In this document: positions 31,863 to 42,253 of the stretch, one piece after another | Position numbering within the stretch: position 1 is the stretch's first letter | Layout: each line of letters opens with the position of its first letter | From: Candidatus Wolframiiraptor gerlachensis | GTDB taxonomy: Archaea; Thermoproteota; Nitrososphaeria_A; Caldarchaeales; Wolframiiraptoraceae | DNA: 64,000 bases | Assembly: GCA_021323375.2 (NCBI GenBank) | Contig: JAJPCT020000025.1 | Location: 22,583 to 86,582, forward strand | Direction of reading: 5' to 3' | Program-made: the position numbers and the translations under genes | Notes under the pieces: model-generated | Seen by the model: only the letters and a program-made list of their open reading frames with translations | The model's database searches: none | Told to the model about the DNA's origin: nothing

Positions 31863-31947
31863 GCGGCGGTTCCCTAGCCTGGTAGGGGGCAGGCCTGCTA
31901 AGCCTGTGGCCCGATGGGCCGCGCGGGTTCAAATCCCGCCCGCCGCG
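31863..31947 (+). tRNA. tRNA-Ser(GCT)
   Basis: GCGGCGG...CCGCCGC-G; anticodon loop CTGCTAA; long variable arm. Confidence 0.93.
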
Positions 31948-32002
31948 CATCCCACACTCACATTAACATGGGTTTTTAGGGTGGGCTTCTCACCATGTTT
32001 GG

Positions 32003-32488
32003 ATGGATTCTAGGCATTCTATAATGGTTGGCGTTAGCTTCGGCCTGACCTCCGCGGTCATAACTACTCTTGGGCTTATGATCGGCCTTTATTCTGGGAC
32101 TCAGTCGAGGCTAGCGGTAATCGGCGGCGTCCTCACCATAGCTTTCGCGGACGCCTTATCTGATGCTCTCGGGATCCATATGTCTGAAGAGTCTGAGGCT
32201 AGGCATACATCGGGCGAGATCTGGCTCTCGACTATCGCCACGCTTCTCTCGAAGCTAGGCTTCGCCCTCACCTTCCTAATACCACTGCTGCTCCTCGACC
32301 TCCAGAGCGCGATCATAGCGAATGTGACCTGGGGCTTCATACTCCTAGCAGCATTAAGCTATAAGTTCGCGAGGGATAGTGGTGGGAGCTTTATCAGGAT
32401 CGCGGCAGAGCACCTGACCGTCGCCACCGCGGTCATATTTATCGCGCACTTCATCGGTGAGCTCGTCGCAGCATATTTCGGCGAGTGA
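32003..32488 (+). CDS. VIT-family small membrane protein
   Basis: 'FGLTSAVITTLG', 'DALSDALGIHMSEE'. Confidence 0.75.
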   Translation: MDSRHSIMVGVSFGLTSAVITTLGLMIGLYSGTQSRLAVIGGVLTIAFADALSDALGIHMSEESEARHTSGEIWLSTIATLLSKLGFALTFLIPLLLLDLQSAIIANVTWGFILLAALSYKFARDSGGSFIRIAAEHLTVATAVIFIAHFIGELVAAYFGE

Positions 32489-32537
32489 AGGACTCTGCTA
32501 ATGGTTTATCTTATTCCGATCCGAGGTTTTATGCTGA

Positions 32538-33137
32538 ATGCCGGCTGGATTCCTGATAGCTTTAGAGGGCATAGACGGGGCCGGGAAGACCACGCAGGCA
32601 AGGCTGCTCGTCAACTGGCTTAGGGAGAAGGGGTTTGACGCCCGCTACACCTATGAGCCGACTCGCGGGCCCTTTGGCAGGATTCTAAGATCCATGGCCC
32701 ATTCGAGGGATGTTGATCCAAGACTTGAGGCTCTCCTCTTCGCAGCCGACAGGCTTCATCATCTCATGTGCGTGATAAGCCCCCTCCTGGAAAGAGGCTT
32801 AATCATCGTCTCGGATAGGTATCTCCACTCCTCGCTAGCTTATCAATCAGTTACAACGGGGGATCAGAGATGGGTTGAGGAGATCAATAAGTTCGCGAGA
32901 AGGCCGGATCTCGGGATATACCTCGATGTCACCGCATCCGGGGGGCTTAACAGGCTGGCGAGGCGTAGGAAGAGGAGCAGGTTCGAGGATGAGGACTTCC
33001 TAGAGCGGGTTAGGGAGAAGTATCTCGAGTATGTTGAGAGGGGCGAGCTGGTGAAGGTTGATGCCGGGAGGCCGGTGGATGATGTCTTCTCCGAGATCAC
33101 CTCTATTGTTGAGAATGCTTTGAGGGATAGGCGATAG
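32538..33137 (+). CDS. tmk: Thymidylate kinase
   Basis: 'EGIDGAGKTT', 'LFAADR', 'DRYLHSSLAYQ'. Confidence 0.93.
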   Translation: MPAGFLIALEGIDGAGKTTQARLLVNWLREKGFDARYTYEPTRGPFGRILRSMAHSRDVDPRLEALLFAADRLHHLMCVISPLLERGLIIVSDRYLHSSLAYQSVTTGDQRWVEEINKFARRPDLGIYLDVTASGGLNRLARRRKRSRFEDEDFLERVREKYLEYVERGELVKVDAGRPVDDVFSEITSIVENALRDRR

Positions 33138-33172
33138 CGTTTTTATGGGCGGCCTACCATATTCTCGGCGAG

Positions 33173-34384
33173 TTGCCCATTAAGCTGATTAAGGACCCCG
33201 TCCACGGGTATATTGAGGTCTCAAGCGAGGAGCTTCAAGTTGTTGATGCTAGGGCTGTTCAGAGGCTTAGGAGGATAAGCCAGCTCCCCTTTGTATACCT
33301 CGTTTATCCGGGTGCCCGGCATAGCAGATTCGACCACTCGCTCGGATGCATGCATCTTGCAGGCGAGTTCGCGAGGAGCCTCGGGCTGGAGGAGTATAGA
33401 GTTAGGGTTCTGAGGATCGCGGGTCTGCTCCACGATGTCGGCCATACGCCATACTCTCACCTCTTCGAGACGATATTGGAGAGGGCTGGGCTGAGCCATG
33501 AGGATATGACTGCTAAGATCCTTCGGGAGGATTCCGAGCTTGCTGAGGCCATAGAGAGATGCGGCATCATGCTCAAGGATATCTTGGAGGTGCTTGAGGG
33601 GAAGGCGCCTGAGTCTGTGGTTATCAGCGGGCCGATAGACGCGGATAAGCTCGACTTCCTCGTCCGCGACTCCTATTTCACTGGAGCTCCCTATGGACTA
33701 ATAGATGTTAGGAGGATAGTCCTCAGGAGCAGGCTCGTAGATGGGAAGCTCGCGATCAACATAAATGCCGTGGGCGCGGTCGAGGAGATGGCCCTAGCTA
33801 GATACCAGAACTTCATGAATATTTATCTTCATCATACCGCGAGAGCTGCTCAGATGCTCTTCTTATCCGGCGCCAAGCTACTCGATGAGATCATGAGCCT
33901 GCCTAGGATGAGCGTCGAAGAGTATCTGGGCCACGACGACTATACCGTCTGGTGCCTCATGAAAGCCAATGATAAGACGCGGTGGATCATAGATAGAATA
34001 GAGAGGAGGATTATACCCAAGGTCGCTTACGAGCTTAGGCTGAGAGAGGAAGAGGTCCCAGCGGATGCCCTAAGAAACCCGGAGGAGGTTGTGAGCGACA
34101 TCTCCTCTCTTTCAGGCGCGCCAGAGGATAGGATCTGGCTCGACACACCATACATAACATCCCTACCATTTAGGGATGGTGGGAAAATCTCCTTTTACGA
34201 GGATCGGTATGGCAAGCCGAGGACCGTGGAATACTCGTCGCCACTCCTCGAGTTCACGTCGAGAATGCACGTCATCATTAGGGTTTACACGGATCCACCC
34301 TTTATCGAGCGGGTTAGGGCTGCTTCGGAGAAATATTTTGGAGAGAGAATTGAAACCCTTTCCCAAAGATCCTGTGATAGATGA
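33173..34384 (+). CDS. HD-superfamily phosphohydrolase (SAMHD1/dNTPase-like)
   Basis: 'DPVHG', 'HSRFDHSLG', 'HDVGH.PYSH', 'DADKLD...RD'. Confidence 0.88.
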   Translation: MPIKLIKDPVHGYIEVSSEELQVVDARAVQRLRRISQLPFVYLVYPGARHSRFDHSLGCMHLAGEFARSLGLEEYRVRVLRIAGLLHDVGHTPYSHLFETILERAGLSHEDMTAKILREDSELAEAIERCGIMLKDILEVLEGKAPESVVISGPIDADKLDFLVRDSYFTGAPYGLIDVRRIVLRSRLVDGKLAININAVGAVEEMALARYQNFMNIYLHHTARAAQMLFLSGAKLLDEIMSLPRMSVEEYLGHDDYTVWCLMKANDKTRWIIDRIERRIIPKVAYELRLREEEVPADALRNPEEVVSDISSLSGAPEDRIWLDTPYITSLPFRDGGKISFYEDRYGKPRTVEYSSPLLEFTSRMHVIIRVYTDPPFIERVRAASEKYFGERIETLSQRSCDR

Positions 34385-34522
34385 GATAGCCACCGACGGC
34401 ATATGATGCAGCGATCGCGATGAGGGTTATCGCGAAAATTCTCATCATCCTCAGGTAGGATCTAATGCTCGGCGTCTATATAATCGCATGCTCGCGAACA
34501 TGTTGTTCGTCTCCTCGAATGC

Positions 34523-36004
34523 CTAGACGAATCTTCTGAGTTTTATTGAGAGATCTCCAAGGTTTATCAGGGCCATGGCCCCGACTGTTGGCTCGAGGCC
34601 CACGCTTCTCTGATAGCTTGTCTGCTCCTGCCATGTGCCGGAGTTTATGATCCTAACGCCGCGGTATGATCCCGCATACGCGACATGGACATGGCCCGTG
34701 TGGAATACATGTGGAACCCGGTCTATCACAAGCATATCCTCGGGCGTGGGGATTATGGGCGTGGTCTCGCCATAGATTGGGCAGAGATGCCTACACCTGA
34801 GAACGAGCTTCAAAACCTCCCCAAGATCCCTCTCCAGGCTGCCATGCGAGAACCCGGGGACCTGCTGTATCACGTCATCCAGCCCCTGGCCATGATAAAC
34901 TAGAAAAGTCCTTCCGGAGATCCTGATCCAAGCGGGGTTCCCGACGAAGATGAAGCTTTTCCCGGACTTCTCAAGTATCGCGCGATATTTCTCGGGGAGT
35001 GGGGGCTGTGGAAGGGCTCGCTGAACCGGGTCATGGTTTCCCGGGCCCATTATTATCTTCACGCGCCCCGGGATCTCAGACAATAGCCTTGCAAGTTTCT
35101 CAAACTGCTCCTCGACTGAGAATGTCTCAAGCTCCTTATGCTGGTTCGGGTACACGCCCACCCCATCCACCACGTCCCCGGCGATTATCAGGAGCCTGAC
35201 ATTCCTGGCCTCGGGGTCATCCTCGCGATTAATCCAGTCTAGGAAGTTCTCGAAGAGATCCTCCCTAAAGTGTTTGCTTCCTGCATGTATGTCGGAGATC
35301 ATGCAGATGAGCGCTTCTCGGTCCGTCTTCTCCAAGCGCTCCGCGGCCAAGTCCGGGAGTATGAGCTCCCTCGCGATGAGTGTTTCGCCGCTCTTTACAA
35401 CCCTCGCCCCGATCACCATATCAGGTAATAGCTGCTCCAGACTATCCCCTGAGACACCACCCTTCGGCGCGATTATTCTATGCTCCCCGCTCGGGTCATC
35501 CACCCTCAGAATCCACGCCTTCTCGGACTCCTTCTTCTCGATGAGCATCACGATGACTTTTGCCTCCTGCGACTCCCGGAGCCTCATGGCCTCCCTCAGC
35601 AAGATCGCGCCCCTAAGCCTCTCCCGCAGAAGCCCTGAAAGCTTCTCATACCTGCTCGTGAAATACCTCTGAAACTCCTCGAATGTTCCCTGAATCCTCC
35701 ACTCTGCTAGAAAACGCTCATCAACCTCTACCACTAAATCCTCACGCGCTTCCTCGGCTTCCTCTATATCACCCTCCTCAGCCACGACCGGCGACTCTCC
35801 AGTCACCTCCCCAACCAACTCTATCAGGAGGCGCTCATCAATTATCATGGCCCCGCTCCTCTCCAGCCTATGCATCGCCTCCTCCAATATCTCGAGGGGC
35901 GCCTCAGCTCGTTCGAGGATCTCTAGAGCTCCCTTAGTCACCGTATATCCCTGGGACGTGGCCTTCTCGATGATCTTCCTTGCTAGGATCTCACGCCTCA
36001 ACAT
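34523..36004 (-). CDS. polB: DNA polymerase D small subunit (DP1)
   Basis: 'SDIHAGS', 'GDVVDGVGVYP', 'PGNHD', 'YHG', 'GHVH', 'NSGTWQ'. Confidence 0.93.
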   Translation of the reverse strand: MLRREILARKIIEKATSQGYTVTKGALEILERAEAPLEILEEAMHRLERSGAMIIDERLLIELVGEVTGESPVVAEEGDIEEAEEAREDLVVEVDERFLAEWRIQGTFEEFQRYFTSRYEKLSGLLRERLRGAILLREAMRLRESQEAKVIVMLIEKKESEKAWILRVDDPSGEHRIIAPKGGVSGDSLEQLLPDMVIGARVVKSGETLIARELILPDLAAERLEKTDREALICMISDIHAGSKHFREDLFENFLDWINREDDPEARNVRLLIIAGDVVDGVGVYPNQHKELETFSVEEQFEKLARLLSEIPGRVKIIMGPGNHDPVQRALPQPPLPEKYRAILEKSGKSFIFVGNPAWIRISGRTFLVYHGQGLDDVIQQVPGFSHGSLERDLGEVLKLVLRCRHLCPIYGETTPIIPTPEDMLVIDRVPHVFHTGHVHVAYAGSYRGVRIINSGTWQEQTSYQRSVGLEPTVGAMALINLGDLSIKLRRFV

Positions 36005-36025
36005 CCCTCACAGCCTATTGTCCAA

Positions 36026-37237
36026 TTATCTTGCGGCTGATGGCTTATAGTCGAGTAGGGGCGAGAGGAGCTCATCCCCGCGTATCGCCTCCTCGATCTC
36101 GTCGGGCGGCGTGAGGAGTATTATTCTCCGCGTCCTTCCATGCCTGCCCATATTCACCAGCTCGCTCTTCACGACCCCGAGCATGTCTAGCTCCGATATA
36201 AGGCTGCTAACCCTCCTATCTGTCAAGGGCTCTATGCCGATCTGCTTGCAGACCTCCTTGTATGTCTGGTATACCATGCCTGAGACCGGGCTCGAGACAT
36301 TGCCCCTCGCGAGGAGGAGCATGCTGAGGAGGACGAGCTTGCTATGGAGTGGAAGGGTGGATATGGCCTCGAATATCCTGCCGCGCTCTATGATGTTCTG
36401 AGCGATCCTCACATGTCTCTCCTCAACCACCTCATCCCCATTTCTCTCGGCGACCTCGGCGGCGACTCTAAGCAGGTCTATGGCCCTCCTCGCATCACCA
36501 TGCTCGGATGCGGCAAGCGCTGCACACAGATTTATGATCTCTTGAGGCACCGCGCCCTCCCTGAAGGCCAGCCTCGCCCTCTCACTCAAGATATCCACGA
36601 GCTCTATGGCCGTGTATGGGTGGAAGACAAGCTCCTCCTCGCTGAGACTGCTAAGAACCCTTGGATCCAAGTAATCCTTGAAATGGAGATCGTTTGAGGT
36701 CCCGATCATTGTGAGGCCACATCCCTCCATGCCCTCATTTATCCGTGAGAGCTCATAGAGGAGGTTATCGCCATAACTTTTCACAAGCGCGTCAATCTCA
36801 TCGAAGCAGGCCACAAGTAGAATCCCCCTTTCCTTTAGCCCTCTCCTAAGTCTCGCGAAGACCTCAGCCTTTGCAAGGCCTGTGAAGGGCACCTTGACGC
36901 TTATGCTCTCGCAGAGTTCCGCCAGCACCCGATACTCCGTCCCAGCTATCCTGCAATTAACATATGCGAAAGCAACAGGCAGATCCTCCTTGGCGACGAC
37001 CTCCTGAAACCTCTTGAATACATAGCGTACTACCGCGGTCTTACCAGTCCCCGTCTTACCATAAATGAAGACATTACTGGGTTTTGAGAGGCTTAGGGCT
37101 GGGGATAATATCTCGCCAAGCCGCCTGATATGCTCATGCCTGTGCGGAAGTTTCTCTGGAACATAATCAGACCTCATCACCTCGCGGTTCACGAATATCC
37201 TCGGCCTCTGAAGAGCCTTCTTTAAAACATCCTCCAA
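36026..37237 (-). CDS. cdc6: Orc1/Cdc6 replication initiator
   Basis: 'YGKTGTGKT', 'DEID', 'GDARRAIDLL', C-terminal wHTH; TTG start at 37237 preferred because the upstream in-frame stretch contains an ORB. Confidence 0.93.
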   Translation of the reverse strand: MEDVLKKALQRPRIFVNREVMRSDYVPEKLPHRHEHIRRLGEILSPALSLSKPSNVFIYGKTGTGKTAVVRYVFKRFQEVVAKEDLPVAFAYVNCRIAGTEYRVLAELCESISVKVPFTGLAKAEVFARLRRGLKERGILLVACFDEIDALVKSYGDNLLYELSRINEGMEGCGLTMIGTSNDLHFKDYLDPRVLSSLSEEELVFHPYTAIELVDILSERARLAFREGAVPQEIINLCAALAASEHGDARRAIDLLRVAAEVAERNGDEVVEERHVRIAQNIIERGRIFEAISTLPLHSKLVLLSMLLLARGNVSSPVSGMVYQTYKEVCKQIGIEPLTDRRVSSLISELDMLGVVKSELVNMGRHGRTRRIILLTPPDEIEEAIRGDELLSPLLDYKPSAAR

Positions 37238-37250
37238 GGGATCCCCTCCA

Positions 37251-37930
37251 CCCCCAGATTTCCTATGGAAGAGCCCCTCATATGATTGAGATTTCATTGA
37301 TGACTTTGTATTCAAAGTAGCCCCTTAATGTAATCAGGAACGAAGATTAATCAACTGAATACTTGAGAAATGTCGAGTAAACTCTCGAAAACTGTTCGAA
37401 GGAGCTCTAAAATTGGTTTTCTCGGGCTAATGTTTTATTTCCAGTGGAAATATAGGGGTGTGGGTCTTTCGGGAGAACCAATGACACTGCATAACATTTC
37501 ACATCGTGAAAAAGCCTGTGAAGTGGCTGAATGAAAAGCCTTTTTCAAGGCCTTTCTTTCGAGACAAGGCAGGATATGCCTCTCCACCAGAAATTGAAGG
37601 GACCCCACGCTTTCCGCTGGAAGACTCCATCTGTAAACATATCCTCGTATCCCGGCTCTATACAGGTGTCGTGAAAAGGGAACTAGCCCGGCGTCTAGCG
37701 GCTTTCCCGATCAACGTAGCGTATTCTTCTCATAAATTGAACATTTTTACTAAGGAACTATCTCATGGTTAATCACTTTCTTGAAAACGACCAGACTTAT
37801 AGCCGGGAACGCTCATCATAACAAGCAGGTGAACATATTTTACCGATAATGCCCCTTAATCATAATTGTGATTTCAGGGGCATTCTAGGGTATTATTTGG
37901 GATGCGGCGGCTACACGAAATGCGAAGCTC
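37251..37930. other. Replication origin (oriC) with ORB elements
   Basis: ORBs: TTCCAGTGGAAATATAGGGG (37439-37458,+), CTCCACCAGAAATTGAAGGG (37582-37601,+), reverse TTCCAGCGGAAAGCGTGGGG (37603-37622), reverse TTCCATAGGAAATCTGGGGG (37251-37270); AT-rich intergenic DNA beside cdc6. Confidence 0.85.
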
Positions 37931-37931
37931 T

Positions 37932-38309
37932 TCACTCTTGTTCTGTAAAGCGTTCTCTTAGATTTGATGCGAGCTCGAGGGCTTTTAAGAGGCCTATCAA
38001 GGTCTTTATAAGCTCTTTTACCTCCTTTGGATCTGCCGCCCGCTTTAGCGCGATGTTCACCTCCTCGATCTTCGTGGTTAGGGTCTTCACGAGCTCGTTC
38101 AATGTAATGCCCGTGAAGGCCTCCTCGATTTCCTCCTCGCTCGAGACTCTGATCACCCTCTTATTGCACTTCAGGCACCAGATCTGGCCCTTTATTTCGA
38201 AGAGGGGACTGCTGCAGACCGGGCAGACGTCGGCGAGCATCTTAGCCCCACTCCTAAGGGCATCTGCCATTCTCCGCATATACTCGGCCTCATCCGAGGA
38301 CATGGCCAC
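37932..38309 (-). CDS. UPF0148/Sjogren autoantigen-1-like zinc-ribbon protein
   Basis: 'LRSGAKMLADVCPVC..PLF....QIWCLKC'. Confidence 0.8.
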   Translation of the reverse strand: MAMSSDEAEYMRRMADALRSGAKMLADVCPVCSSPLFEIKGQIWCLKCNKRVIRVSSEEEIEEAFTGITLNELVKTLTTKIEEVNIALKRAADPKEVKELIKTLIGLLKALELASNLRERFTEQE

Positions 38310-38350
38310 AAAGATATTCCCGAGATCGAGCTATAAAGATGCTTCCAGTA

Positions 38351-39742
38351 TTACTCCCAGGCCCTTTGGAAAAATCTCTTGAGATAGCGGATGGCCCCTG
38401 GGAGCGCTCTCCTAAGGATAAAGCCCTTATCAACTATTATATCCTTGAGAACCCGCTTCGGGCTCAGGTAGAAGGTAATATATGCCCAGAGGAGCAGCCT
38501 CCTGATCCTCTCGGGAGTTAGGTAGAGGCTCCTCATGACGACGTCGAGGGTCGTGAATTTCCTCCAATTCCTAGTTAGGAGCAGGTTCTCCTCCACGGCC
38601 ATATCCCAGAGCCTTGTGCCGGGGTATGGTGTGGCTATTGTGAACTGGGCGAGATCAACCCCGCAGCCATCAGCAAACCTTATCGTCGCCTTTATGTCCT
38701 CCTCCCTCTCATGCGGGAATCCTATGATAAATGAGCCAAGCGCGTTTAGTCCACAGTCCTTGGCAGCCCTCACAGCATCCACAGCCTGCCTCCTAGTTAT
38801 CCCCTTCCCGATAAGTCTCAGGGTCTCATCTGAACCGGATTCTATGCCGAAGTAGATCGTATGGGCGCCAGCCCTCCTCATGGCCTCGCCGAGGCCCCTA
38901 CTGAACGTGTTAACCCTGGAGGAGGCGCTCCATGATATGTCCAGCCTCTCCCTCACGATCATCTTGGATATCTCTTCAGCCCTGCCCATCTTTAGCGTGA
39001 AGGTGTCATCGAGGAATTCGATCTCCCTGACGCCGTAGTCGTATCTCAGCATCATCAGCTCCTCTAGGACCCTCTCGGGGCTATGAGCCCTCCACCTCTT
39101 GCCGAACTGAAGTGATGAGGAGCAGAATATGCAGCCATAGGGACAGCCCCTCGACGTGATTACAGCAGCATACTTGACCTTATCGACGACATACTTCTCC
39201 ATAGGAAGAAGATCATAGGCGGGTATTGGAAGCGCGTCCAGGTCATCTATGAGCTTTCCCGGTGGCCCCTCCTTTATCCTGCCCTCCACTCTATACGTTA
39301 TCCCCGCGATTCCCTCGAGACCCCTTCCATGCTCAATTCTTTTGAGTATCTCCCTAAATGTCTCCTCCCCCTCGCCTCTAATCACCACGTCGATGTATGG
39401 GCATTCTTGGAGGACCTCATGGGCCATGAATGTCGCATGTGGTCCGCCGAGAAGGACTAAGATGTCCGGGGAATATTCCTTAACGATCTTAGCGACTGCG
39501 TATGCGTCGTAGATCGCCGGCGTCGTGGCCGTCAACCCAACAATATCGGGCTGGAATCTCTTAACAATATTCGCAACATCCTGAAGCGTTAGGTTCTCCG
39601 TGAGACAATCAATTATCTTGGCCTCCCATCCTTGCTCCCTAGCAACAGCGGCCAAATATGCGAGGCCGAGAGGCGGCCCAGATGCCCCTAAAACCTCCTT
39701 AACAACGGATCTCGTGGGCGGGGAGATAAGTAGAAGCCTCAT
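38351..39742 (-). CDS. B12-binding radical SAM protein
   Basis: 'PPLGLAYLAA', 'GGPHAT', 'SRGCPYGCIFC', 'GIESG'. Confidence 0.9.
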   Translation of the reverse strand: MRLLLISPPTRSVVKEVLGASGPPLGLAYLAAVAREQGWEAKIIDCLTENLTLQDVANIVKRFQPDIVGLTATTPAIYDAYAVAKIVKEYSPDILVLLGGPHATFMAHEVLQECPYIDVVIRGEGEETFREILKRIEHGRGLEGIAGITYRVEGRIKEGPPGKLIDDLDALPIPAYDLLPMEKYVVDKVKYAAVITSRGCPYGCIFCSSSLQFGKRWRAHSPERVLEELMMLRYDYGVREIEFLDDTFTLKMGRAEEISKMIVRERLDISWSASSRVNTFSRGLGEAMRRAGAHTIYFGIESGSDETLRLIGKGITRRQAVDAVRAAKDCGLNALGSFIIGFPHEREEDIKATIRFADGCGVDLAQFTIATPYPGTRLWDMAVEENLLLTRNWRKFTTLDVVMRSLYLTPERIRRLLLWAYITFYLSPKRVLKDIIVDKGFILRRALPGAIRYLKRFFQRAWE

Positions 39743-39781
39743 ATCCACCGAATTTTCATGGCAACCACACATAATTATCTC

Positions 39782-40465
39782 TTATTTGCCGATAGTCCTG
39801 ATCCTTCTCCTAAGCGCTGGGTCGCGGTCTATCAGCTCATCCAAGACCTGTTCAAATGATTTCTCCTGCGGTATTGTTATCTCACGGTAGACACCAGTCC
39901 TGCCATGCTCCCTTCTCCTCCTGAGGACTCTCACCCTGTTTCTGAGGATCTTTGGATCTATACCGAGGATCGCGGCGGCCTCCTCGATGTTTCTTTCGAC
40001 TGGCAGCTCGACATGGCCCTCGGGCGTCGGGATTATCAGCATGAGCTCCTTATTCATGCCTGGAACCCTCAGCCCTCTCCTCAGATCCTCATATGAGAGC
40101 TGGCCGGCGAGCCTGTAGAAGCCCATCTCATCCTCGGTCATCCTCAAGAGGGGTAAAGAGACCGAGGTATAGTCGTCTATCACGAGATATGCCTTGGGCA
40201 CGTGGCTTGGCGTGGCCTGAACTAAGATCCTGTCTCTCACCCTCACGCCAGCCTCGAAGAGATATAGCTCCACCATGGCCGTGCTCGCCGGGAATGGTAT
40301 GAAGACATCTACATCGCTCTCCTCATCAACATCTCCACGCGCGACACTTCCATAGACTATCGGGTTGAGACCATGATCCAAGAGGGGTTTCATGAGGGCG
40401 AGAGCCCTCTCTCGAAGACGCGTCAAAAGCCTCCACCGCGCATCATCATACCTCACCTCCAGCAT
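39782..40465 (-). CDS. Archaeal nucleotidyltransferase-domain protein
   Basis: 'YGSVARGDV...SDVD'. Confidence 0.8.
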   Translation of the reverse strand: MLEVRYDDARWRLLTRLRERALALMKPLLDHGLNPIVYGSVARGDVDEESDVDVFIPFPASTAMVELYLFEAGVRVRDRILVQATPSHVPKAYLVIDDYTSVSLPLLRMTEDEMGFYRLAGQLSYEDLRRGLRVPGMNKELMLIIPTPEGHVELPVERNIEEAAAILGIDPKILRNRVRVLRRRREHGRTGVYREITIPQEKSFEQVLDELIDRDPALRRRIRTIGK

Positions 40466-40516
40466 TCAAGAATATCCTCGAGAAACCCTCCTAAGATTAT
40501 TTCCCGGCGTCCTCGG

Positions 40517-41071
40517 CTAGGTTGCTCCAGCCAAGTGCTCGAGCAAGATCTTGAGGCCGAGGAGCACGAGTATGGCGCCCCCTACTATCGAGGCCTTCTC
40601 CCCCGCTAAGCCCCTAACCCTTAGACCCATGAAGTATCCTAGGATCGCTAGTATGAGGGTGGCGAGGCCGGCTGCGACGGACATGCTGACCACCTCAAGC
40701 CCCATAAACGGCGTGCTGAAGCCAACCGCAAGCGCATCCATACTCGTGGCCACGGAGAGGGTGATGAGAAGCCGGAGTGTGAGAGGCTCACATCCCATCG
40801 GCTCACCGCTAAGCCCTCCCCAGATCATGTGGCCCCCCACAGCGGCCAAGAGAATGAATGCTATCCAGTGATCATAATGGGCTGCTACCTCTATGAGGCT
40901 CCCGCCGGCCCATCCCAGCAATATCATCCCAGCTTGGAAGGCGGCGAATGATGCCGCGAGCAGGAGGGGGGTAAACGCCTTCACGCGCTCCCAGCATGCC
41001 CCCGCGGCAAAGGCCGCCGAGAAGCAGTCAAGGGCCAAGCCAACCGCGATCGCGGCCACAACCTCAATCAT
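40517..41071 (-). CDS. mntP: Manganese efflux pump MntP family
   Basis: 'LALDCFS', 'DHWIAFILL', 'ATSMDALAVG'. Confidence 0.85.
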   Translation of the reverse strand: MIEVVAAIAVGLALDCFSAAFAAGACWERVKAFTPLLLAASFAAFQAGMILLGWAGGSLIEVAAHYDHWIAFILLAAVGGHMIWGGLSGEPMGCEPLTLRLLITLSVATSMDALAVGFSTPFMGLEVVSMSVAAGLATLILAILGYFMGLRVRGLAGEKASIVGGAILVLLGLKILLEHLAGAT

Positions 41072-41182
41072 TTGACGCTCCCTAGGCTGCTTTCAGGCGA
41101 AAAACCTTTGCGCTGGGGCCATGGCAGAATATATCTTTACGTTCTCAACAAGGTTTCCTCTAGGAGGCGCTGTAAGGCTGGC

Positions 41183-42253
41183 ATGATAGTCGGGCGCGTG
41201 GATGCGGTTAAGAGGAGGATCGAGCTAACTCCCGAGAGCAGCCTAGACTTGATAAATTTGTTCAGGCTTGTGAAGCCGGGCGATATAGTCTACTCGAAGA
41301 CATCTAGAGAGCTGAAAAAGGAGAGGGCGAGCGGTAAGACAGATAGCGAGAGGATACAGGTGATCCTCGGGGTCGAGGTAGAGTCCAAGACGGCGGACCC
41401 GCTTATGAGGAGGATTAGGCTCTCGGGGAGGATAGTCTACGAGAGCCGCGATCTAGACCTCATCGGAAAACATCATACGCTCACGATCTACCCCGGCATC
41501 CCCATCAAGATAGAGTCTCAGAGGGATTTCGAGAGGCTCCGATCTTTCGCGAAAAGTTATGAGGAGAGGAAGGAGGGCATGGTCATCTGCGTCTCCCTCG
41601 ATGACGAGGACCTCGCAGTCGCCGAGTTCTCAAGCAAAGGTGTAAGGGTCGCACACTCGAAAAGCCTGCCAAGGGCTGATAAATCGATTCAATGGGGCGA
41701 GCAGGAGCTTGAAAAGTTCTTCGATGAGGTTGTCGAAGCGATTAAGGGCCTGCCTGAGGCCGGAATACTCCTCATCGGCCCGAGAATATTTGTCGAGAGG
41801 TTTCTCACGTATCTCAGGAAGCGTGAGAAGGATCTCCTGAACAGGATCGTAGGATCCTTGAGCACCTCGATAGGCGGCGAGGCTGGCATAAGAGAGGCCC
41901 TGAGATCCAGCGCGATACCCGAGCACTTGAGGGAATTGAAGCCATTCAGGGACATGATGGAAGCGGAGAGCTTCATCAGAATTATGTCGAGTGATCCGGA
42001 GAAGGTTGCGATAGGGCTTGACGAGGTTTATGAGGCCTGGAGTCTCGGGGCCGTGGAGAAGATCCTCGTGGCAGAATCCTATCTCTGGAACAACTTAGAG
42101 AATGAGAGGCTGGAGAAGCTCTTGGAGCAAACCGAGAGAGGTAGGCTGGAGCTCCATGTGCTCGTGGATGGGCTCGAGGCATCGGAGAAGATTGCTAGCC
42201 TCGGCGGCATAGTCGCCATACTCAGGTGGAAGCTGCCACTGAGAAGAAGTTAG
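41183..42253 (+). CDS. pelA: Pelota mRNA surveillance protein
   Basis: 'PESSLDL', 'GKHHTL', eRF1-like C-terminus 'LGGIVAILRW'. Confidence 0.88.
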   Translation: MIVGRVDAVKRRIELTPESSLDLINLFRLVKPGDIVYSKTSRELKKERASGKTDSERIQVILGVEVESKTADPLMRRIRLSGRIVYESRDLDLIGKHHTLTIYPGIPIKIESQRDFERLRSFAKSYEERKEGMVICVSLDDEDLAVAEFSSKGVRVAHSKSLPRADKSIQWGEQELEKFFDEVVEAIKGLPEAGILLIGPRIFVERFLTYLRKREKDLLNRIVGSLSTSIGGEAGIREALRSSAIPEHLRELKPFRDMMEAESFIRIMSSDPEKVAIGLDEVYEAWSLGAVEKILVAESYLWNNLENERLEKLLEQTERGRLELHVLVDGLEASEKIASLGGIVAILRWKLPLRRS

